From: Pyrinomonadaceae bacterium
Lineage (GTDB): Bacteria > Acidobacteriota > Blastocatellia > Pyrinomonadales > Pyrinomonadaceae
DNA: 31,769 bases
Reading direction: 5' to 3'
NCBI GenBank assembly: GCA_035463335.1
Contig: DATHTI010000210.1
Span: 1 to 31,769 of the forward strand
This document shows, piece by piece, positions 26,284 through 31,769 of this stretch. Numbering within the stretch: the stretch's first letter is position 1; every line of letters starts with the position of its first letter. The translations under genes and the position numbers were made by a program. The notes beneath the pieces are model-generated. The model ran no database searches, had not been told where the DNA came from, and saw only the letters and a program-made list of their open reading frames with translations.

Positions 26284-29070
26284 TCAAAAACTCACCTTCA
26301 TCCCAAATTGAAACTGCCGCGGATCGAATGCGGCTGTCGGTTGTCCAAACCTCGGTAAAGGCTGGACGCCCGAGCCGAACGTGTTGTTCGGTACTCCGAG
26401 ATTCGCGCGGTTCAGGACATTGAAGCCTTCCGCCAGTAGCTGTAAATCGACTCGCTCCGTCAGCCGGATCCTTCGACTCAAACGCAAATCAAGTGACGCG
26501 AAGTCAAACCCGCGTCCTGTATTGCGTCCGACGCCAACCGGTCGATCGTTGAAGTTCGTATCGAAGTTGCGATCGCTTCCCAGCAGCACGTTGAACGGCA
26601 AACGCGACGCGTAGGTGAATATGTAGCCCATCTGAAAACCGCACAGGAAGCGCTGGAACCCGGTGGCTTTGGCGTGTCGCGGCACTTCGAGCGAACCACT
26701 GACCACGAGACGATGGCGCTGGTCGTTGTCGGACAAACCGCGATCGTCGTTTATGTTGAAGCTGTTCTGCACGCTCGAGAAGAAGAAGTTGCCCGCGTCG
26801 TCGATCGTCTTGGAGAGAGTATAGGAGAGACGCAGGCTGGCCCAATGTGTAGGGCGCTGGTTGTAAGAAACAACCATACCGTCGTAGTTCGACTTTCCCG
26901 AGCTCTCGAAGCGCGAGATGTTGCCCCAATTCGAATCGGGCCGGCCCAGATTGGGAATGCCCGCTGAGACCGGAACTGTCGGCACATTCGCATTCCGCGA
27001 AAGGATCAGGTGTAACGCGCGTACGTGCAGGTAACCGACTGACACGACCGCATTGCCCGGAAGCTCACGTTCGACCTGGAAATTCGCCTGCTGGCTGTAA
27101 CTCGATTCGATATTCGGGTCAATGCGCGTGATGTTTGGCTTAGTCGGTAACGTCGCCGGTTGCAACGATAGAATGTTTGGAAACACCGGCGCGCCGGGCT
27201 GCGTGGGCGACAACTGGACCACGATATACTTCGAGCCGTCGCGCTGGAGTGCGTTGGAGGTTGCGCGTAACGGAATGCGATCGTAGTAGAGCCCGAAGCT
27301 GGCGCGAATGACGGTCTTTCGGTTGCCTGGCGCGTAGACGATTCCCACTCGCGGCGAAAGGTTGTCGGTATCAGTCTGGATCGGATCCGGCAGGAACTGT
27401 AGATCGTAACGAAGCCCGGCATTGATCGTGAGATCGGGCCGGACGCGCCATTCATCCTGCGCAAACACGCCCACATTCGGATTCGATTGAAGCTGGCCCG
27501 GCACGCCGAACGCCTGCTGAAAAGTCTGGTAGTTGCCGCTGAGGAAGGTGCTCATCGAGTTGAACTGGTAAACGCCTTCCAGAGCGCCGGGAAAGAAAAT
27601 GTTGACGCGGTTGTAGAGAAAGTTGCCGCCCACTTTCAACGTATGCGCCCCGCGCTGCGTCGAGATGTTGTTTACAGCTTCGAACAGGTTGATATCGCGA
27701 CCCTGCGGCGAGAATGTCGCAATGCCGAGGTTTGCAATTCCGGTGATGTTGATTGCTGGTCCAACCGTGTCATTGACTGGGGAGTCGAGGCGGCTATTTG
27801 TGTATTGAAACCGCGCCTCGTTCAGCGTGTGGGCGTTGAATGTGGTTACGTTGCTGACTTGCACCGTCTGATCCGTGTCGGTCAGGCCCGTGCCGCGGCT
27901 GACAGCGTTGAGTCCGCCCACGTTGCGCGAATTGACGGCATTGATGTGGTAGAGACTGTAACGAGCGCTGAGCTGGTTCCGCGAATTGAGGTTGTGATCG
28001 ACCCGGGCGAAGAAATTGGTGGTGTCGAAACTCGCCGGCACCACGCCGCTGCTGATCAATGGACCGCCATAGTTGATCGCACGCAGGCGATTATTGATAG
28101 GGTTCACTAAAGCCGGATCGATCGTAATAACGGCGGAATAATTTCGACGCGTCTGTTCGAAGTTAGTGAAGAAGAACGTTCGATCGTGCCGAATTGGTCC
28201 GCCGATCGAGCCGCCGTACTGCGCCTGCGTCAGCAGATCTTTTGTCGGCGCGATGGGATTGCGCGCGTCGAAACGCTGGTTACGAAAGAACCCGTATAAG
28301 CCGCCGTGCCAGTCGTTCGTGCCTGACTTCGTCAGAATGTTGACGACGCCGCCTGAAGCCCGGCCAAACTCGGCAATACCGCCGGAAGTCACGACCTGAA
28401 ACTGGTCGATCACTTCCTCGCTGTAGTAAGTGCCCGTGAGGTCGGCCGCGTCATCGTTAGCTGAGACACCGTCGACGATGAAGCTGTTATAGAGATTGCG
28501 CTGGCCGGCGATCGAGATGCCCTGGCCGGGCACGGCCGAAGTCTCGGCGAAGCGCTGGTTGCTTCCGGTGTTGGTTGGTGAAACTCCCGGCACCAGCAGC
28601 GCGAGATCGAGAAAGTTTCGGCCATTCAACGGCAGCTCGTTGATCTCTCGCGGACGGATTGTTTCCGTGATCTGCGTGCGGACTGTTTCGACGATCGGCA
28701 CGTCTGAGCCGATGTTGACCTGCGCTGTAACACCCGCGACATTCAACTTAACCCGTAAATCGAGAGCCTGACCCACCAGAACGGTGAGCTGTCTGGTTAT
28801 CGATTCGAAGCCCTGGGCTTCAAATTTCAGGTCGTAAGCGCCTGTGCGAAGGTAAGGGAAGCGATATCGACCTTCCACGTCGCTTGTGGTTGTTAGTTGG
28901 TGGTTAGTCTCGAGATGCGTGGCCGTCACCGTGACGCCACTCACCATGGCGCCCTGTGTATCTTCGATTCGGCCGCTGAGCGTACCGGATGTGACGCTTT
29001 GCTGTGCTGCACCGAGACCCGAAACAATAAAAACTAAGAGGGCAGCATAAAGATAGATAGGTATTCGCAT
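26284..29070 (-). CDS. TonB-dependent receptor, Oar-like, with N-terminal carboxypeptidase-regulatory-like domain
   Basis: Signal peptide, SGRIEDTQGAMVSGVTVTAT, LPLNGRNFLDLALLVPGV, AEFGRASGGVVNILTKSGTN, FAQDEWRV, C-terminal QFQFGMKVSF. Confidence 0.93.
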   Translation of the reverse strand: MRIPIYLYAALLVFIVSGLGAAQQSVTSGTLSGRIEDTQGAMVSGVTVTATHLETNHQLTTTSDVEGRYRFPYLRTGAYDLKFEAQGFESITRQLTVLVGQALDLRVKLNVAGVTAQVNIGSDVPIVETVRTQITETIRPREINELPLNGRNFLDLALLVPGVSPTNTGSNQRFAETSAVPGQGISIAGQRNLYNSFIVDGVSANDDAADLTGTYYSEEVIDQFQVVTSGGIAEFGRASGGVVNILTKSGTNDWHGGLYGFFRNQRFDARNPIAPTKDLLTQAQYGGSIGGPIRHDRTFFFTNFEQTRRNYSAVITIDPALVNPINNRLRAINYGGPLISSGVVPASFDTTNFFARVDHNLNSRNQLSARYSLYHINAVNSRNVGGLNAVSRGTGLTDTDQTVQVSNVTTFNAHTLNEARFQYTNSRLDSPVNDTVGPAINITGIANLGIATFSPQGRDINLFEAVNNISTQRGAHTLKVGGNFLYNRVNIFFPGALEGVYQFNSMSTFLSGNYQTFQQAFGVPGQLQSNPNVGVFAQDEWRVRPDLTINAGLRYDLQFLPDPIQTDTDNLSPRVGIVYAPGNRKTVIRASFGLYYDRIPLRATSNALQRDGSKYIVVQLSPTQPGAPVFPNILSLQPATLPTKPNITRIDPNIESSYSQQANFQVERELPGNAVVSVGYLHVRALHLILSRNANVPTVPVSAGIPNLGRPDSNWGNISRFESSGKSNYDGMVVSYNQRPTHWASLRLSYTLSKTIDDAGNFFFSSVQNSFNINDDRGLSDNDQRHRLVVSGSLEVPRHAKATGFQRFLCGFQMGYIFTYASRLPFNVLLGSDRNFDTNFNDRPVGVGRNTGRGFDFASLDLRLSRRIRLTERVDLQLLAEGFNVLNRANLGVPNNTFGSGVQPLPRFGQPTAAFDPRQFQFGMKVSF

Positions 29071-29160
29071 GGACTTCTCCGCAAAATGAATGAACGTGCC
29101 TCCGGACTAAGTCGAGTCCTGAGGGCTTGATCAATTAGAGATCTATTCAGCGGAGATGGA
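29068..29160 (-). promoter_or_regulatory. Anti-SD/SD helix coupling the RGPP leader to the TonB receptor start
   Basis: On the mRNA, UCUCCGC (29156-29150, codons just after RGPP) is perfectly complementary to the receptor SD GCGGAGA (29082-29076). An inner GGACU/AGUCC hairpin lies between them. Confidence 0.7.
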
Positions 29161-29694
29161 CGGAGGTCCCCTGGGACTGGCTTGCTCCGAGTTTTCATCT
29201 GACGAAAAAAGGAGCACTTGTTCCTCGTAGAGCGACGCTGTCGTTACTGAGGAATTCTGTTGCCTGTTGGGTTGGACAATGCTTTCGCGTTTTTGCTGTC
29301 GAGTCGCGCTCGCTGCGCAGGACGCGCAATCCATGCGACAGGGCTGACTCAACGCGTTTGATTCAGCACCAGGGTATGAGGAGTTTGTTTCAGCAGTTTG
29401 GCTGTGTGAGTGTGAAGATTCGGCAATGGGTTCGGCAACGATGGTGATTCCATCGGTTTCCATTTCGGCCCCGTGCGAACCACACATCGGCTCCGATTTG
29501 GGTGGCGGGACCTTTTTCGCAGCGATCCCCGATTCGCAATGTCCTGCTGTTTTGCCAACGCAGCAGGGCATCGTGCTCGCCGTATTCAACGAGGCGTTGG
29601 CGACGCGAAACGGTTCAGCAGCCACAAAAAGGCACAGAAAACACAAAACGCCGAGCGAAAAAATCTTGTGCTTTATGTGCTTCTTTGCGGCCAT
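29143..29694 (-). CDS. DUF2946/CruR-like regulatory leader protein with signal peptide, Cys motifs and RGPP arrest motif
   Basis: Signal peptide, PCC...HC, CRMDCASC (includes CxxC), C-terminal SPRGPPSISAE-stop; the stop lies 72 nt upstream of a TonB receptor gene. Confidence 0.75.
   Translation of the reverse strand: MAAKKHIKHKIFSLGVLCFLCLFVAAEPFRVANASLNTASTMPCCVGKTAGHCESGIAAKKVPPPKSEPMCGSHGAEMETDGITIVAEPIAESSHSHSQTAETNSSYPGAESNALSQPCRMDCASCAASATRQQKRESIVQPNRQQNSSVTTASLYEEQVLLFSSDENSEQASPRGPPSISAE
29621..29691. repeat. Family A palindromic element inside the 5' end of the RGPP leader ORF
   Basis: GCCACAAAAAGGCACAGAAAACACAAAA (29621-29648) and the degenerate inverted arm TTGTGCTTTATGTGCTTCTTTGCGGC (29666-29691). 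Confidence 0.85.
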
Positions 29695-29703
29695 TTGAAT
29701 AAC

Positions 29704-29952
29704 CTACTGGGCCGGTTCTTGCGGGACGGGCTTCTTAACGAGTTTCATCTTGCACTTCGGACAAGTACCTCGTTTTTTCGAGGTCACGTCCGCGTGCATG
29801 GGGCAGACATAGTGGAATTTGGTTGGCTTTTTGGGATGCGCCGAGCGTTCCTTCTGTGCTGCGGTAGCGACGGGCACAGAGTACACCTGGGAGCTGGTCA
29901 GAAGCAATGCGGCCGCGAAGAGCGGCACGATCAGCAGCCGTACGAAGTGCAT
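29704..29952 (-). CDS. Secreted heavy-metal-binding domain protein (YxCPMH...CPKCxMxL)
   Basis: YVCPMHADVTSKKRGTCPKCKMKLV after a signal peptide. This is the motif found on CusB/CopA N-termini (HMBD). Confidence 0.88.
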   Translation of the reverse strand: MHFVRLLIVPLFAAALLLTSSQVYSVPVATAAQKERSAHPKKPTKFHYVCPMHADVTSKKRGTCPKCKMKLVKKPVPQEPAQ

Positions 29953-30052
29953 TTCTTACCCTGGATCCAAGCGTCTTCCTGCTCACCTCGCATCGACGGC
30001 GAGCAGGAAGAGTGCTTTGATAGGCCCGCCAGTAGGCGGGTCGTGATTTTCC

Positions 30053-30292
30053 CTACACGGCCGTCTTGGCAGCGCTGAAGGTTTTTCTGCTGCCGTCTCT
30101 GGCTAACGTAACTTTCCTCCACACGGTCTTGCCTTTGCCGTTCCCAAACGGGGCGTTCGGGAAAGGCTGCCCGGCCGCGACAAATTCAATAACGTTGAAT
30201 AGGTCGTCAGAGCATTCGTATAGGTTCGTGTCGGTACAGATCGTGCCCGTCTGAAAGCTGTCTATGCCCATTCTTAATTGTTCTTGATTCAT
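30053..30292 (-). CDS. Small cytoplasmic protein, possibly YjzC-like
   Basis: AAGGAG RBS. The pattern F-x-x-G...Y...G-x-x-FP...W resembles YjzC-like proteins; family assignment is tentative. Confidence 0.55.
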   Translation of the reverse strand: MNQEQLRMGIDSFQTGTICTDTNLYECSDDLFNVIEFVAAGQPFPNAPFGNGKGKTVWRKVTLARDGSRKTFSAAKTAV

Positions 30293-30396
30293 ACCTGTTC
30301 TCCTTCAGGAATGGAAGTTCATTTAACTTTGCTTCCAGTATTCGGGAAGCGCTAGTGAATTTATTGCCGGCCGCGTTGCGAGCTGACTCTTTGAAA

Positions 30397-31056
30397 TCAG
30401 AGCGACTCCCATCGCAGCGTTACCGATTCATCAGGACGATATGCAATCACCATCAGCTTCACGAGCTGCTGGGTGCTTTTGTCTTTCTTGTCCGCAGTCC
30501 TCACGAGATAGATGTGGCCCAACTTAATGGGAGCCGCTACAGGTGATCCTACTTCTGTGAGTTTGGAATTTTCCGGCAGCGGTTGGAATTCCTGCTTCCC
30601 AAGGTCCTGCTTCAGGACCATGACTTTGTCGCCTCGAAGATGTATGGAAGCGAAGCCGGTTCCGCCTCCTTGTGCGTCCTCAAAGCCATTACGGCTACTG
30701 AGTTCGTCTGCCGTGCCGAGATCGACAATCGCCCCCGGCCGGTCAGCCTCAATGCCGGCGACAAGATTGCTACCAGCGAAACTAAGGTCACTGCAGCGGT
30801 TAACCCAGGTATTGTCCGTAAACACCATTCCTTCTTTACCATCACTGAAACAGAGCGTCCGGGCGAGGGGATCAATGGAATACATGGTGAAGATTCCACC
30901 ACGTTTTTTTGGCTGAGCCGCGCGCTTCTCATCGGGTGTTGAGGGCGTTTGAGCTCTCATCACCTGCTGGGAAGTGAATCCGATGAACACGACCAACACG
31001 ATGAAGAGAAAGCTTTTCATGACCTCAGGTTTTTGACTGTCAAAATTCAAATTCAT
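30397..31056 (-). CDS. Secreted hypothetical protein
   Basis: Strong GGGGAGG RBS before ATG 31056; hydrophobic signal region FLFIVLVVFIGF. Confidence 0.7.
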   Translation of the reverse strand: MNLNFDSQKPEVMKSFLFIVLVVFIGFTSQQVMRAQTPSTPDEKRAAQPKKRGGIFTMYSIDPLARTLCFSDGKEGMVFTDNTWVNRCSDLSFAGSNLVAGIEADRPGAIVDLGTADELSSRNGFEDAQGGGTGFASIHLRGDKVMVLKQDLGKQEFQPLPENSKLTEVGSPVAAPIKLGHIYLVRTADKKDKSTQQLVKLMVIAYRPDESVTLRWESL

Positions 31057-31106
31057 ATCCTCCCCTTTGTATTTTGGTCTAGTGGGGAGACCTGCTTTAG
31101 TTGATG

Positions 31107-31769
31107 TTATCGACTAGCCACGTTTGGCAGCGGCACGAGTTCCTGAAACTTTTTGTCGTCAATATGACGCGCTTCGTTCCGCAGCCTGAGTTCCTGGAAG
31201 TAATAGAACGGAACAAACGCGGACCCATATTTGTCGCTGATCCAGTCGTCCTTCTGGACGTAATTGAGCGGGTACAGATTGATATCTTCCGAGCACTGGT
31301 TGAGACTTTCGGCAACCGCCTTAACAACCAGAATGTTATTGAGATAGGTCGCATCATCTAAAGTCTCTCGACCGATGGTGTACAAAAGCGCGCCTTCGCG
31401 AGCCCGGCGTTCCCACTCCTTAATGATCTTCAACGCCCTTTCATACTGCCGGGAGTTGATTTCCAAACGCAGTGTGGTTTCAGAGTCGGTTCGTGCCTCT
31501 CGAAGATAGTTCTTGTATACGTCGGGAGGGACGGTGCCCAAGGCCCTTTCACCTTTCGCTAAATAGACACCGAAGGCGTCGATTGTGGGAGTTCCTCCTA
31601 CCAGTTTGATAACCGCGGGGAAGGCCGAGCCGCTTGAATCGTAGAACTCTCCCTTGCGGGCAGAGAGCACAATGAAATACCGGTCGGGATCGACCCTGGT
31701 CCAGCGAGTGGTTCCTATGCCCGGTATTGCGCAAGTGATCGAAGTGTCGTCATAGCTGACGAGTTTCAT
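31107..31769 (-). CDS. Hypothetical protein, probably 5'-truncated by the window edge
   Basis: Open frame of at least 220 codons running to the window end; no recognised motif. Confidence 0.65.
   Translation of the reverse strand: MKLVSYDDTSITCAIPGIGTTRWTRVDPDRYFIVLSARKGEFYDSSGSAFPAVIKLVGGTPTIDAFGVYLAKGERALGTVPPDVYKNYLREARTDSETTLRLEINSRQYERALKIIKEWERRAREGALLYTIGRETLDDATYLNNILVVKAVAESLNQCSEDINLYPLNYVQKDDWISDKYGSAFVPFYYFQELRLRNEARHIDDKKFQELVPLPNVASR

Noticed and set aside
21817-29952. Metal island as a mobile element
   Set aside because: No integrase, transposase, tRNA target or flanking direct repeat, and it carries the same host repeat families as the housekeeping region.
29735-29986. 83-aa alternate-frame ORF and 29473..30078 plus-strand ORF
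   Set aside because: They overlap the CPMH gene and the leader, which have clear motifs.

Overview
Bacterial DNA with a gene set typical of Acidobacteriota, probably Blastocatellia. That placement is an inference from the Oar-like TonB receptor, the zinc-ribbon/Pro-rich membrane proteins and the kinase-FGE fusion. Positions 1-21.5 kb are mostly housekeeping and envelope genes: TerC/Alx, PpiD-like chaperone, thiolase, PilT-family ATPase, ilvE, M19 dipeptidase, nfo, leuS, Ser/Thr kinase-FGE, a TPR protein and TlpA. Positions 21.8-30 kb hold two convergent operons of exported Cys/His/Met-rich proteins that look like a metal (probably copper) handling island. Each operon contains a signal-peptide-bearing, Cys-rich leader ORF whose last codons can base-pair with the Shine-Dalgarno of the next gene. 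One leader carries an RGPP ribosome-arrest motif (CruR/CutF-like). The other ends in a different RGPTHLRCCVFLI-stop tail. Two families of short CAC-periodic palindromic repeats occur at 11 sites. They often overlap stop codons, add Lys-rich C-terminal tails to two enzymes, and appear to encode the whole signal peptide of the RGPP leader. I recognised no rRNA, tRNA, CRISPR array or transposase.
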